Below, piece after piece: positions 1 through 10,261 of a DNA stretch of 64,000 bases. The position numbers and the translations under genes were made by a program. Every line of letters begins with the position of its first letter. The first letter of the stretch is position 1. The notes under the pieces are model-generated. The model was not told where the DNA came from, did not search any database, and worked only from the letters and a program-made list of their open reading frames with translations. The DNA is from a bacterium UBP13_UBA5359 (GTDB taxonomy: Bacteria; UBP13; UBA5359). The stretch covers positions 20,643-84,642 of the forward strand of contig DHPR01000012.1 of NCBI GenBank assembly GCA_002410925.1. The letters are read 5' to 3'.

Positions 1-459
1 AACCAGGCCGGTAATACCTATGCCTATGCCGAATATTCTGATTCGGCCGGCCACTCCGTGCCTTATGGTTTCGATCATCTCTGCAATCTTAGCAATAGCC
101 GACATAGGAGACAGCTCGGTTATGTCCTCTTCATATACTCGGTCTATCCCGGCGCCTAAATCCACCAGGCCGGCACGAATTCTACCGGACACCAATTCCA
201 CTCCGATTACATAGCCTGCCCCGGGAGCGAATTTCAAAAGAACCGGACGTCGGCCACCGGCCGATTCTTCATGTCCGGCTTCATGAACAAAGCCCCTTTG
301 CAAAAGATCATCTACGATATTGGTAACCGTGGCTGAACTGAGAGAGACTATCTCCGTCAAGGCAGTTCTGGATACAGGCCCTTTATCACGAATAGCCCGT
401 AAAATCAAAGATTTGTTCATCTCGTGCATTAAACGTCTGTTGCCTATAGTTGCATCCAT
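1..459 (-). CDS. ROK-family transcriptional regulator (NagC/XylR/Mlc-like). N-terminal HTH plus start of the ROK sugar-kinase-like domain. Partial: the C-terminus runs off the 5' edge of the window.
   Basis: Manual translation of the minus strand from ATG (complement ~457-459): MDATIGNRRLMHEMNKSLILRAIRDKGPVSRTALTEIVSLSSATVTNIVDDLLQRGFVHEAG...RPVLLKFAPGAGYVIGVEL. This is the typical ROK-repressor N-terminus. It is absent from the ORF track because no stop lies inside the window. Confidence 0.6.
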   Translation of the reverse strand, partial: MDATIGNRRLMHEMNKSLILRAIRDKGPVSRTALTEIVSLSSATVTNIVDDLLQRGFVHEAGHEESAGGRRPVLLKFAPGAGYVIGVELVSGRIRAGLVDLGAGIDRVYEEDITELSPMSAIAKIAEMIETIRHGVAGRIRIFGIGIGITGLV

Positions 460-654
460 TAAGCCCTTTTCACCTCTTAAGCTTCTTTGCGGCTTCTTAT
501 GCCTGTTTTACAAGCAGGTAGAAGGAGCTTTTTTTATTCATAAAAATAATAGCCTATTATTGAATTCTATGCCTTTTAAAGAAATCCTTTTAAAAGAAAC
601 CGGCATTTCAGAGCTTTGCAGATGCAAATGCATCTCCGTACTGAACGACACTCC

Positions 655-1908
655 TCAATTTTGCATCTCGCCTTTCAAACAACCGGCCATTTCCATAGCG
701 GCTATTGCAATCTTGCGAGCAGCACCCTTTTTTCCGGCTATCTCCTGCAGTTCCGCGGATATGCGCCGCCGTTCTTCAGAATTTTTCAGTTGCTTTGCAG
801 CCTCCTCAGCCACCTGTAATGCGTATATTCTGCCTCTTACTTCTGGTACGATAAAGCGTTGAGCACGCATATTGGGCAATGCTGTATATGGATATCTAAC
901 GGCCATCCTTTTAATAATCGCTCTCTTCAAAGGCTTTCCAAAAACCGGCAGCATGGAGATAAGCCCTCCTGGACCGCTGATGACTATCTCTTCAGCCTTG
1001 TTCAAGGGCGCAATTATCACCATAGGAGTTCCAAGACCGGCAGCTTCCATAGTCTTGGTGCCTGGAATGGTTACCATCAGGTCAGACACTTTCATGAGAT
1101 CATATTGATAATCCTTGATTATCTCTACCACCGTTCCGTTCTCAGTATGGATGGCCGGCAATACTCCGCAGGTGGAAACACGTCCGGTGGTGCCTTCGAT
1201 ATATTCATCTTTGAAATAGGATATATACCCCTCAATCTGCTGAAGGGTAGCAAAAGGGGATAAAGAAAGGAAAAAACGAAGTCCCTCTACCTTTTTTGAG
1301 AGAAGCTCGGCCGTTCTTAGTAAAAAGGGAGTAAAGTACTTCAACTCATAGGGACGGCTGCCGGGATAGAGGGATATTACCCTTTCATCGGCGCCTACAC
1401 CCCACTCTGCTCTGGCATCATCCAGTTCGGTTTCCACTGCATCCAGCATCAGGTCTCCCCCAACTTCTATAGAGGCCGGCTTTGCTCCCCGGCGTCGCAG
1501 TTCATCCATAACTTGCACAGAGGAAACAAAGACACGGTCCAGATGCTCTGTCCAGTACCGCCCTGTATATTCATAAGCCAGGATAGGAGCACCGATCCTT
1601 CGTTTTAACAGCAAGGGATAGATATTCTCTCCCCCCATATAGATAATGGTCGTTCCCTCTTTATTCTCTCTCAGGCAGGGTATGGAGCCGGGCCAAACGA
1701 TATATTTGAGGTATTCCAGAGGACCAATCACACGGCTTATACCGGGGAGCCTGCCCAGCACAGCACCCTCATTACCGGAACGCCACTGACAAGGAGGATT
1801 AATGATGATAATCTCCGCATCCGGAGCTATTGTTTTTATCTCTCTAAGGGTGGGTCTGACCCAAGAATAAACCTCACCGGGTGAATTGGCAAAGAATATA
1901 AACCTCAT
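655..1908 (-). CDS. Lipid-A-disaccharide synthase-related protein (second glycosyltransferase family 19 paralog).
   Basis: 417 aa. It follows lpxB directly, with ATGA stop/start overlap at 1906-1910. Overall GT19-like architecture. Resembles the 'LpxB-related' proteins found beside lpxB in some lineages. Confidence 0.5.
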   Translation of the reverse strand: MRFIFFANSPGEVYSWVRPTLREIKTIAPDAEIIIINPPCQWRSGNEGAVLGRLPGISRVIGPLEYLKYIVWPGSIPCLRENKEGTTIIYMGGENIYPLLLKRRIGAPILAYEYTGRYWTEHLDRVFVSSVQVMDELRRRGAKPASIEVGGDLMLDAVETELDDARAEWGVGADERVISLYPGSRPYELKYFTPFLLRTAELLSKKVEGLRFFLSLSPFATLQQIEGYISYFKDEYIEGTTGRVSTCGVLPAIHTENGTVVEIIKDYQYDLMKVSDLMVTIPGTKTMEAAGLGTPMVIIAPLNKAEEIVISGPGGLISMLPVFGKPLKRAIIKRMAVRYPYTALPNMRAQRFIVPEVRGRIYALQVAEEAAKQLKNSEERRRISAELQEIAGKKGAARKIAIAAMEMAGCLKGEMQN

Positions 1909-3083
1909 CAGGATTCCCTCAGTATCTCCAGTATTTTTTCGGCAACTCTGCGGTTGGCACCGGCTTCTCCCAAAGAACCCATGGCCATGGCCAATTGCTG
2001 CTTCATAATTACAGCTCTCTGAGGATCAGCCATTAGAGAACAGACCTCTTCTGCTATGCGGCCCGGGCTGGCTTCATATTGCAGCAGTTCGGTTATAACA
2101 GGGCGATCCAGAATTATATTGGGCATGGAAATAAAGGGTATCTTTAAAAAAAGTCTGGCCTGTATCCATGTCGGAAGATTGCTTCTGTAAACAACCGTCA
2201 TCGGCACACCAGCAGCCGCCGCCTCTAAAGTAGCCGTGCCGGAAGTTACCAGCATCTGATTACATAAAGCCATGACATCATATGAATACCGATCTGTGAT
2301 CGTTATCTCTGCCGAGGTATGCTTAAGCAGCGGTTGCAATACAGAGAGCGATAGATTCGGCGCTTTGATGAGTACAAAGCTGACCCCTTTGACTCTGGAG
2401 GATACTATCTCCGCCGCCTTCAACATAACAGGAAGAATATGCTTTATCTCGGATGCCCGGCTGCCCGGCATCAGGCCTATAGTGTACGCATTTATATCCA
2501 GCTTAAAAATCCTGGCCAGCTCCTCTTTAGGAAGGAGAGGCTTGACCCAATCCAGAACGGGATGCCCGACAAATTCAGCCCTGCATCCGGCTTCGGCCAA
2601 TACGTCGGCCGACCAGGGAAAAGGAGTAGCCACCCATGCGGCTAATTCAGCCAGATCCACAGCATATCGTGATTTGCGCGACCAGGAAGATGGTGGGAAA
2701 TAGTAGACCACAGGAATACCCAGAGCATGCGCGATTTTTGCCAGGCGCATATTGAAGAATGGATAATCTATGAGCAAAAGCAATGCAGGACGAACTTCAG
2801 CCAGATATTTCTTCAGCCGTCGTAACTCTCCTATAAGCCGGGGGGAGATACGAAGAGCATCTGCCAGGCCTATAACACCCCAATCGGAACTGTCACACAG
2901 CAATTCCACGCCTGCTTCGCGCATTTTGGAGCTTCCGACACCCGTTAGTCTTATATTGGAAGATGATTGAAGAAGATGACTGGCCACGGCCGAGCCGTTA
3001 AGATCGCCGGAGGCCTCTCCGGCCACAATCATGACGTGATAATCAGCCATCGGATTGTGCACGGCTCTCACGGCAGATACCAC
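1908..3083 (-). CDS. lpxB: Lipid-A-disaccharide synthase LpxB. The track start is GTG. The likely true start is the ATG at MADYHVMIVAGEASGD, complement ~3048-3050.
   Basis: The IVAGEASGD N-terminal GT19 motif. The stretch ...LLIDYPFFNMRLAKIA...GIPVVYY...S(S)WSRK matches LpxB. Position downstream of lpxA. Confidence 0.8.
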   Translation of the reverse strand: MVSAVRAVHNPMADYHVMIVAGEASGDLNGSAVASHLLQSSSNIRLTGVGSSKMREAGVELLCDSSDWGVIGLADALRISPRLIGELRRLKKYLAEVRPALLLLIDYPFFNMRLAKIAHALGIPVVYYFPPSSWSRKSRYAVDLAELAAWVATPFPWSADVLAEAGCRAEFVGHPVLDWVKPLLPKEELARIFKLDINAYTIGLMPGSRASEIKHILPVMLKAAEIVSSRVKGVSFVLIKAPNLSLSVLQPLLKHTSAEITITDRYSYDVMALCNQMLVTSGTATLEAAAAGVPMTVVYRSNLPTWIQARLFLKIPFISMPNIILDRPVITELLQYEASPGRIAEEVCSLMADPQRAVIMKQQLAMAMGSLGEAGANRRVAEKILEILRES

Positions 3084-3840
3084 GCCCCATAGTCTGGAGA
3101 AACTCTATCAGGTGATTTAACTCCCACGAAGCGTTGATGGTCGCCTCTATCTCTTCCAGCGCCTGCGTCAGATTATTATTGGACCGGAAAAGCAACTTAT
3201 AGGCTCTCTTTAATTCCAATCTGACTTCGGATGATATGCCGCCGCGGCGCATACCTATACTGTTGAGTCCATATACTTTGGTCGGCCTGCCGTCGACCAG
3301 CATATAGGGAGGTATATCCTGTATAACTCTGGATGCTCCACCGATCATACAGATCGTCCCGATACGCACAAATTGATGTACGCCTGTCAAACCGCCGATA
3401 ACAGCCTTATCTTCAACCAAAACATGGCCTCCCAGATTTACCATGTTGGCCATCATGACCCCATTGCCGATAACGCAATTATGACCGACATGACCATACG
3501 CCATGATCATATTGTTATCGCCTATAACAGTAGCGTTATCTTCGCCGGTAGCCCTATGAACGGTAACATACTCTCTGAATACATTGTTATTGCCGATACG
3601 CACATAGCTTCTTTCGCCCCGGTATTTCACATCCTGAGGCATACCGCCGATAACAGCCCCTATACCCACCTGGCAATCCATTCCCAAAGATACACAGCCT
3701 TCTATTACAGCATGAGAGGAGATGACCGTTCTATCGCCGATAATTGCATCCGGCCCTATTATCGCATATGGGCCTATCTCAACATCCTTTCCCAGTTCGG
3801 CTTTGGGATTCACAATAGCCAGCTTATCTATTTTCAGCAT
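3043..3840 (-). CDS. lpxA: UDP-N-acetylglucosamine O-acyltransferase LpxA.
   Basis: 265 aa left-handed beta-helix (hexapeptide repeats) with the LpxA C-terminal helical domain (…YGLNSIGMRRGGISSEVRLELKRAYKLLFRS…). Operon position. Confidence 0.9.
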   Translation of the reverse strand: MLKIDKLAIVNPKAELGKDVEIGPYAIIGPDAIIGDRTVISSHAVIEGCVSLGMDCQVGIGAVIGGMPQDVKYRGERSYVRIGNNNVFREYVTVHRATGEDNATVIGDNNMIMAYGHVGHNCVIGNGVMMANMVNLGGHVLVEDKAVIGGLTGVHQFVRIGTICMIGGASRVIQDIPPYMLVDGRPTKVYGLNSIGMRRGGISSEVRLELKRAYKLLFRSNNNLTQALEEIEATINASWELNHLIEFLQTMGRGICRESRAQSDG

Positions 3841-3897
3841 TATCTTTCACACCTTCCGCCCTAGACAACTTGAATATCCGGAAATACGGCATACCCG

Positions 3898-5022
3898 TTA
3901 GCCTTTATTTGGAGTCCAATCTCCAATCACTTCTATTATTCTATCTATCTCCCACTCGTCCAGAAGCGGATGCACGGGAAGAGATACCACCTGAGCGGAG
4001 AGATCCTCCGCCACCGGGCAATAAGAATCTCCGTAACCCAGCTCCTTGTAAAGCGATTGTTTATAAGAGGGCTGTGGATAGAAGAGGCCATAGCCTATAC
4101 CCTCTCGCTCCAGATACTTCAACAGATCTTCTCTGCCCTGCGGCACTTTGATAGTATACTGATTGAAAGCATGACGGCAACCATCAGGTACCCAGGGAGT
4201 GATTACACCGGAAAGGCCTGACAGGCCATCTGTCAAGCGGGAAGCATTAGCCGACCTGGCCGCTATAAAATCATCCAGGTCTTCCAGTTGAGTGGAACCG
4301 ATAACAGCGGCGATATTGGTCAGGCGATAGTTATAACCCAGGATTTCATGTTGATACCGTATTGCTGAACCGTGATTTACCAGCAGCCGGCAACGTTCAG
4401 CCAGCTCATTATCCGAAGTTACAACCATGCCTCCCTCACCGCAGGTCATGTTTTTCGTGGGATAAAAGCTGAAAGCTGAAAGCAGACCTATGCTTCCAAC
4501 CATGCGGCCTTTATATAAAGCTCCGTGCGCCTGAGCACAATCCTCAATAACAGTCAGGCCGTATTCGGCAGCTACATCGATTACAGCATCCATGTCACAG
4601 GGCAGTCCAAAGAGATGAACAACCAACACAGCCTTAGCCTTGGGATGTTCTCGGGCTGCTTTGCGAATTGCTTCCGGATCCAGATTATATGTAGCCGGAT
4701 TTACATCGGCAAATACCGCCCTGGCTCCGCAATACAGCACTGCATTGCTAGTGGCAATAAAGGTAAACGGCGTAGTGATAACCTCATCGCCCGGGCCTAT
4801 ACCGGCAGCCAGCAACGCCACATGCAAGGCCGTCGTCCCGGAGGAGGTTGCAATACCCTCTGTGGCGCCTGTATATCCGGCAAAAGCCTGTTCAAACTTG
4901 CGCACCTCATCCCCTGAAGCGATAAAGCCGCTCCCAAGGACCTCCATAACCCGAGCTTTTGTTCTTTCGGATATATTAGGCTTAGCTATAGGAATATGAC
5001 ACCTAGTCATCATCATCTCCAC
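3898..5022 (-). CDS. DegT/DnrJ/EryC1/StrS-family PLP-dependent sugar aminotransferase. GnnB-like by context.
   Basis: 374 aa. Carries the fold-type I aminotransferase motifs, including the PLP-lysine region (…[14 protein letters not shown]…). It sits between fabZ and lpxA inside the lipid A operon. Confidence 0.8.
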   Translation of the reverse strand: MEMMMTRCHIPIAKPNISERTKARVMEVLGSGFIASGDEVRKFEQAFAGYTGATEGIATSSGTTALHVALLAAGIGPGDEVITTPFTFIATSNAVLYCGARAVFADVNPATYNLDPEAIRKAAREHPKAKAVLVVHLFGLPCDMDAVIDVAAEYGLTVIEDCAQAHGALYKGRMVGSIGLLSAFSFYPTKNMTCGEGGMVVTSDNELAERCRLLVNHGSAIRYQHEILGYNYRLTNIAAVIGSTQLEDLDDFIAARSANASRLTDGLSGLSGVITPWVPDGCRHAFNQYTIKVPQGREDLLKYLEREGIGYGLFYPQPSYKQSLYKELGYGDSYCPVAEDLSAQVVSLPVHPLLDEWEIDRIIEVIGDWTPNKG

Positions 5023-5455
5023 TGGTCACCAAGGCAAAAGTAAACTCTCCTTCGGCAGCCACCTGACCATCGACTTTAGTTTCCACCCATACCTTACCTA
5101 TATTGCCTCTGTTTTTCAACAACGTTACTTCGGTAACCATCTGATCCCCGGGCAGAACGGTTCGCCTGAAACGTATCTTATCCATACCGCCGAAATAAGC
5201 CAGCTTTCCTTCATTGCCGGTCATAGATAACAACAGAACGCCGCCAACCTGAGCCATAGCTTCCAGCACCAATACGCCGGGCATAACAGGATGGCCTGGA
5301 AAGTGCCCGTTAAAGAAATCTTCATTGACGGTAACATTCTTAATGCCCATAGCCCTCTTGCCGGGCTCCATCTCTATTATCCGATCCACCAAAAGAAATG
5401 GATATCGATGAGGCAATATTCTCTTAATGGCGTTGATATCAAGCACCAAACTCAC
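5003..5455 (-). CDS. fabZ: 3-hydroxyacyl-ACP dehydratase FabZ.
   Basis: 150 aa. The [13 protein letters not shown]…[20 protein letters not shown] hot-dog motif. Confidence 0.9.
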   Translation of the reverse strand: MSLVLDINAIKRILPHRYPFLLVDRIIEMEPGKRAMGIKNVTVNEDFFNGHFPGHPVMPGVLVLEAMAQVGGVLLLSMTGNEGKLAYFGGMDKIRFRRTVLPGDQMVTEVTLLKNRGNIGKVWVETKVDGQVAAEGEFTFALVTSGDDDD

Positions 5456-6302
5456 TCCTTTTCATCATAGCCGCAGCCAATTCCAAATGTTGGAAATGAC
5501 CGGACTTTATTCCTATAAACATTGCCAGAGGCACTCCCCCTAACAGCGCCAGGTCACCAATCATATCAAGAAGCTTATGCCGAGCCGGTTCATCTGCAAA
5601 CCTCAGAGGCGCAGAAGATCCCTCCGGACCGAATATCAAAGCATTGTCCAGGCTTCCTCCCAGAGCCAGCCCCTGCTTGAACAGCTCCTCTACCTCTTCG
5701 CGGAAACCGAAGGTTCTGGCCGGGGCTACCTGCTCTGCCAAAGTTGGATCGTCATAATCAACGGCAGCCCGCTGCGGACCGATATAAGGGAAATTTACCA
5801 TTACCTCCAGGCTGTACTTATCAGCGGGAAAAGCACACATAGCCGTATCCCCCCAAGCAAGCCACAGAGGCTCCTTTAGCCGAATAACCCTTCGCATCGC
5901 ATCGAGGTTATATATGGATGCCTTTCGTAGCAATCCGATAAAGGGAAGTGCACTGCCGTCAAGAATAGGCATCTCCGGACCGTCTAATTCGACGGTAAGG
6001 TTATCTATACCCAATATGCTCAGCGCAGCCAGAAGATGCTCCACCGTCGCCACTCCGGCACCATCTCGCTCCAGGGAGGTGCCTCTGCGGGTGGACGAAA
6101 CAAAAGAATACAAAGCCGGAACAGTCTTCCCCCCCAGGTCGGTTCGCACAAAATTAATCCCGCTGCCTTCGCAAGCGGGTTTAAAGGTAGCTTTTACCAT
6201 TCGGCCTGTATGAATACCTATACCTTCAATGCACACAGACCTGCCGATAGTTCTCTGAGAATACATGGCAAGATTATAGCATACGCCCGCTATCTTCGGC
6301 AA
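5439..6302 (-). CDS. lpxC: UDP-3-O-acyl-N-acetylglucosamine deacetylase LpxC.
   Basis: 287 aa. Contains …TVEHLLAAL…GIDN… and …[12 protein letters not shown]… LpxC signatures. Overlaps fabZ by 17 nt. Confidence 0.9.
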   Translation of the reverse strand: MPKIAGVCYNLAMYSQRTIGRSVCIEGIGIHTGRMVKATFKPACEGSGINFVRTDLGGKTVPALYSFVSSTRRGTSLERDGAGVATVEHLLAALSILGIDNLTVELDGPEMPILDGSALPFIGLLRKASIYNLDAMRRVIRLKEPLWLAWGDTAMCAFPADKYSLEVMVNFPYIGPQRAAVDYDDPTLAEQVAPARTFGFREEVEELFKQGLALGGSLDNALIFGPEGSSAPLRFADEPARHKLLDMIGDLALLGGVPLAMFIGIKSGHFQHLELAAAMMKRSEFGA

Positions 6303-6316
6303 CCGCCCCTCGGCTG

Positions 6317-7342
6317 CTATTTCTTCTTGTCGGACATCTTCTCCAACCGGGCCTGAAGCTTTCTCAAAGCCTTGGCCATTTCAGGAAGCTTACGTAAATA
6401 TGCCTGTATTCTCATCTGCTCATGATGAGGCCTGGCCGGATATCCGGAAACAAAAGAGCCTTCATCCAAATTGCTTATAACACCGGAATGTGCTCCTACA
6501 ATCGCGTCGTCGCCGATGGTGATATGATCTTTGACTCCTACCTGTCCGGCCAGAATAGCCCGATTGCCTATCCTGACGCTGCCGGATATGCCTACCTGGG
6601 CTACAATTATACTCTTCTCTCCAATGCTGACGTTATGGCCTATGTGAACCAGGTTATCTATCTTGGTGCCATCCTTGATAGTGGTCGTTCCGGTAGTAGC
6701 TCTGTCTATGGTAACATTGGCGCCTACCTCAACGTAATCTTCAATTACCACCGTGCCTATCTGCGGCACTTTGTAATGGTAATTGCTGGATTTAACGTAG
6801 CCGAAACCATCGCTGCCGATAACCGCACCGGCATGAATGATAACTTTTTTACCGATAGTGATCTGGCTATAGATGGTTACATTGGGGTAAATTATGGTAT
6901 CATTGCCTATCTTGACGTTATCTCCAATATGAACGCCAGGATATATAACCACCTTATCGCCCAGCGTAACGTTCTTTCCAATATAGACATTGGCCTGAAC
7001 AGATACATCCTCCGGAGCGTTGAAATTATCTCCGATTACTGCGGTTGGATGGATGCCGAAAGGAGCTTCATCTCTCCAGGCAAAGACTTTTAATATTTTT
7101 GCAAATGCCAGGCGAGGATTCTCTACCAGAAGAAGCGGCTTGCCGTCCACTTGCGACCCCATAGGAGCAATAACGGCAGCAGCGGCTGATGAGATGGCCC
7201 GACTTAATATTCCGGGGTTCTCCGCCCATGTAAGATGCTCCTCCTCCGCATTCTCCACAGCCGTCACACCAATGATGGCGACATCATCGCCAACTACGAT
7301 GCCGCCGACCACCTCAGCCAGTTCTGAAAGCCTTTTCATCAT
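6317..7342 (-). CDS. lpxD: UDP-3-O-(3-hydroxyacyl)glucosamine N-acyltransferase LpxD.
   Basis: 341 aa. N-terminal LpxD domain followed by long hexapeptide-repeat beta-helix. Operon position. Confidence 0.9.
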   Translation of the reverse strand: MMKRLSELAEVVGGIVVGDDVAIIGVTAVENAEEEHLTWAENPGILSRAISSAAAAVIAPMGSQVDGKPLLLVENPRLAFAKILKVFAWRDEAPFGIHPTAVIGDNFNAPEDVSVQANVYIGKNVTLGDKVVIYPGVHIGDNVKIGNDTIIYPNVTIYSQITIGKKVIIHAGAVIGSDGFGYVKSSNYHYKVPQIGTVVIEDYVEVGANVTIDRATTGTTTIKDGTKIDNLVHIGHNVSIGEKSIIVAQVGISGSVRIGNRAILAGQVGVKDHITIGDDAIVGAHSGVISNLDEGSFVSGYPARPHHEQMRIQAYLRKLPEMAKALRKLQARLEKMSDKKK

Positions 7343-7346
7343 AGCT

Positions 7347-8351
7347 TTATTGCCTTCCCTTCTTTAAGATATCGGCTACTTCAGCCGTGAGATCTGTGCA
7401 ATTATGCAACGGTACGGCACCGCCGATGACTACTGCCAAACCGTTTTCTGCTGCCAGAGCCGCAGATATTGCCCTCAATGCCTTATCATTATAAGTTTTC
7501 TGCCTTTTACCCGCCGACACTTCGGCCTGCAGCCGCCGTTCGCGATCTACACCGATAGCCTCATCTCCCCTTCTGCCATTCAGATTCTTCTCTGCTTCAG
7601 ACCAGACACCAACGTGTAAAGAGCTCCATTCCGGTACAGGCAGGGGCAAAGAGAGCTCGTCTATATCTCTCTTTCTTGCCGAACGTAACTCCGCCGTCTT
7701 AGCCGATGCTTCAAATGATAACCGCGTCTTTATCTCTTCTTGCAATAATTTTTTATAATTTTCCAGCTCTGCCGATACCCTGCCTCGTCGCTCGGACAGC
7801 TCCTGGTCAAGATCCTTTTTAAACTTTTCCAGGTCGACATTGAGGCCGTCTTTCTCTGCCGGAGAGGCGTATAACATCCTTAGCTCTGCATTGATTATTT
7901 TTAAACGCATATCAAGCAGAACGGGATCTTCATCAGAGAATATCTCTGCCCTGCGAGCGGCATATTTCTCACAGAAGCGCTCATCGGCTGCTCGTGTCAG
8001 AGATTCTGCCGTATAGGAGAGCCCCTCGGCGATCAGCATTCTTTCCTCATCCTGATACTCGCTGTTATGTATCTTCTGCAACATAGCTCGAACATTCACC
8101 CCGACGGGCATGAATTTCGATAAACCGGTCAGAAAGCCACCGACATACTCCGTTGTTCGCCTGCCGGCGACCATTCCCGTCACGGCAGCAAAGGACTGAG
8201 GCGGAGTATACCCGGGCAGGCCCAATCCTTGAAGATGAGAGAGGCTTATGACCCCTACCGATGGTTCTCCTCCGCTTATATAGCCTGCTGTACCGGCTGT
8301 TGCCATGCAGATTGCCAGAGCTATGATTTTAACCCAACCAGCTTTTCTCAA
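7347..8351 (-). CDS. Hypothetical periplasmic or lipo-protein sitting in the skp (ompH) position. Coiled-coil-rich. Possibly an extended Skp-like chaperone.
   Basis: 334 aa. N-terminal signal-like segment (MRKAGWVKIIALAICMATAG). Central charged coiled coil (KFKKDLDQELSERRGRVSAELENYKKLLQEEIKTRL). Located between bamA and lpxD, where skp normally lies. It is about 2x longer than canonical Skp. Confidence 0.35.
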   Translation of the reverse strand: MRKAGWVKIIALAICMATAGTAGYISGGEPSVGVISLSHLQGLGLPGYTPPQSFAAVTGMVAGRRTTEYVGGFLTGLSKFMPVGVNVRAMLQKIHNSEYQDEERMLIAEGLSYTAESLTRAADERFCEKYAARRAEIFSDEDPVLLDMRLKIINAELRMLYASPAEKDGLNVDLEKFKKDLDQELSERRGRVSAELENYKKLLQEEIKTRLSFEASAKTAELRSARKRDIDELSLPLPVPEWSSLHVGVWSEAEKNLNGRRGDEAIGVDRERRLQAEVSAGKRQKTYNDKALRAISAALAAENGLAVVIGGAVPLHNCTDLTAEVADILKKGRQ

Positions 8352-8419
8352 GCAAAACTCCTCATCTATAACGGTCTGTAGACCATTATGTATTCGGACT
8401 GTTTCAACCGGATAAAAAG

Positions 8420-10111
8420 CTAAAACATTTGTCCAATGCTAAAGTGGATTCGTCCGCCGGCTTCACCGATACCATAATCCAATCGTATGGGACCTATCGG
8501 AGTTTCCACTCTGATACCGGCTCCATAGCCTACCTTCAATTCTCCTTCATTCCCCAGAGGAACTGTCTGCCCCCAGACTTTACCACTATCAACGAAGAAG
8601 ACGCCGGCCAGATTTTTGTTCACTGGAACTCTGTACTCGACTGTAGCCGATAGAACATTGTTGGCGCGGAGGAAGTCCTCCTTAAAACCGCGTAGATTGA
8701 AGGCGCCTCCCAGTGTAAACTTCTCATAAACCGGTATATCTCCTGTTCCAAGGCCGGTATTGAATCGCAATGCCAGCACATGATTCTTCCGGCTCAACCG
8801 AACATAACGCCGAAAATCCAGGATATACTTATTAAAGTCAAAAGTTCCTCCCAGCCATCCCCCGGCTTGTATAGCAGAAAAGCTTGTTCTGGAGCCAGAG
8901 GTTGCATTGGCAAAGATATCCCGTGTATCTCTAACCGTAGCCCATTCCAAACTGCGCAAAGGCCCTTCCGGCAATCCGCCGGTATTATTGGCAATACTCA
9001 CATCTTCAGCTCTATAAGCAAAAGAAGTGCGCACATTTTCACTTAGGGGGCGTCCCAGAGCCAGGCTGCCACCCTTGCGTGTTTCGGTGAATTTATCGGC
9101 AGTTTCCCTGAACCGCTCTTTGGTAGTATCGTAAACTGATACATCCAACGAAGTATTATGTTTATCCAGCCACGGCTCTCTAAAAGAGAGCTCATAGCTC
9201 TGCTCTGTGCCGAACTCCAGACGAGCTGAAATTTTCTGACCCACACCTCTAAAATTGGTATCGGAGACTTCCAGACTGCCTACCAGTCCCTCTTTAGAGC
9301 TGTACCCCAAACCGGCTGAAGCATTACCGGTCTTGCGCTCTATTACCTTTATAATCAATATTACCTGTCCTGGCTTGGCTCCCGCTTCTACTCTGCTGGT
9401 CACATCCTCAAAAAATCCCAGATTGAAGACTCGCTGCAAGCTCTTACGAATCTTATCTCGCTCAAAAACGTCACCGGGTTTTACCAGCAGCTCTCGCACA
9501 ACAACGAAAGCCTTGGTTTTTTGCAAACCCTCCACCCGGATATCCTCTATGACACCTTCAGCGATAGTCAGTATAATGACGCCCTCCGGCGTTACGTTTA
9601 CATCCACAACCCTGGCCAAAACATAACCAGCATCCTGATAAAGCTTCTCTATAGCAGCAATGTCTCCTCGCAGCACAGCTGTATCCAGCACATCTCCAGG
9701 CTGCGTCTTCATGGCCGATCGTAGTTTTTCACTGGTAAAGATAGTATTTCCCTCGAAATTAACGGCGGTGATTACGGGGTTCTCCTTGACCCGTATCAAC
9801 AGAATCACCCTGCCGTTTTCACTGTTGATCTCCGGCCTGACCTCACTGAATTTCCCCAGCGCCAGAATAGCTTCGCAATCGGCCTTTACCCGATCCTTGT
9901 CTACGACATCCCCCACCCTGAGCTTCATTCTGGACAGGATATCGCCTACCGTTACCTTGATATTGCCTTCCACCCTGATGCCGTCTATCTTGATCTCTCC
10001 CAAGGTACTATCAGCCGCATACGCGGAGAGTAACGGCAAGAGAAAGATGATCAGCAATGAAGAAAGAAAATACCTGAAAATCTTATGTTTCAACTTCATC
10101 CCTCGTTTCAA
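8420..10111 (-). CDS. bamA: Omp85-family outer-membrane protein assembly factor (BamA/TamA-like). Short form with fewer POTRA domains.
   Basis: 563 aa. Signal peptide, POTRA-like repeats, and a C-terminal surface-antigen beta-barrel ending …HFSIGQMF (aromatic terminus). Context with tamB, skp and lpxD. Confidence 0.75.
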   Translation of the reverse strand: MKRGMKLKHKIFRYFLSSLLIIFLLPLLSAYAADSTLGEIKIDGIRVEGNIKVTVGDILSRMKLRVGDVVDKDRVKADCEAILALGKFSEVRPEINSENGRVILLIRVKENPVITAVNFEGNTIFTSEKLRSAMKTQPGDVLDTAVLRGDIAAIEKLYQDAGYVLARVVDVNVTPEGVIILTIAEGVIEDIRVEGLQKTKAFVVVRELLVKPGDVFERDKIRKSLQRVFNLGFFEDVTSRVEAGAKPGQVILIIKVIERKTGNASAGLGYSSKEGLVGSLEVSDTNFRGVGQKISARLEFGTEQSYELSFREPWLDKHNTSLDVSVYDTTKERFRETADKFTETRKGGSLALGRPLSENVRTSFAYRAEDVSIANNTGGLPEGPLRSLEWATVRDTRDIFANATSGSRTSFSAIQAGGWLGGTFDFNKYILDFRRYVRLSRKNHVLALRFNTGLGTGDIPVYEKFTLGGAFNLRGFKEDFLRANNVLSATVEYRVPVNKNLAGVFFVDSGKVWGQTVPLGNEGELKVGYGAGIRVETPIGPIRLDYGIGEAGGRIHFSIGQMF

Positions 10112-10261
10112 AGCATGTCCGCTTAAGAGTAACGGAGTTCAAAATACGGCATAAATATACCGGCAATAGCGGATAAGCTATCCCCAGGCTACTCTGAATT
10201 CCAACTTCTAATTGGCAGTTATCTGATAACTACCCCACATAATATCATAAAGCTACAAGGC

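Noticed and set aside
600-650. Hairpin AGATGCA-AA-TGCATCT just downstream of the GT19-like gene stop as a Rho-independent terminator.
   Set aside because: The loop is too small and there is no following T-run on the transcribed (minus) strand.
320-862. 180-aa plus-strand ORF (and 20..214, 616..819) at the window start.
   Set aside because: It lies antisense to the ROK regulator gene that I translated manually on the minus strand, and runs into the intergenic spacer. No recognisable motifs. Likely spurious.
6422-7093. 223-aa plus-strand ORF inside lpxD.
   Set aside because: Antisense to a hexapeptide-repeat gene. Repetitive codon structure commonly produces long antisense ORFs. The product is rich in Ile/Tyr/Asn repeats with no family resemblance.
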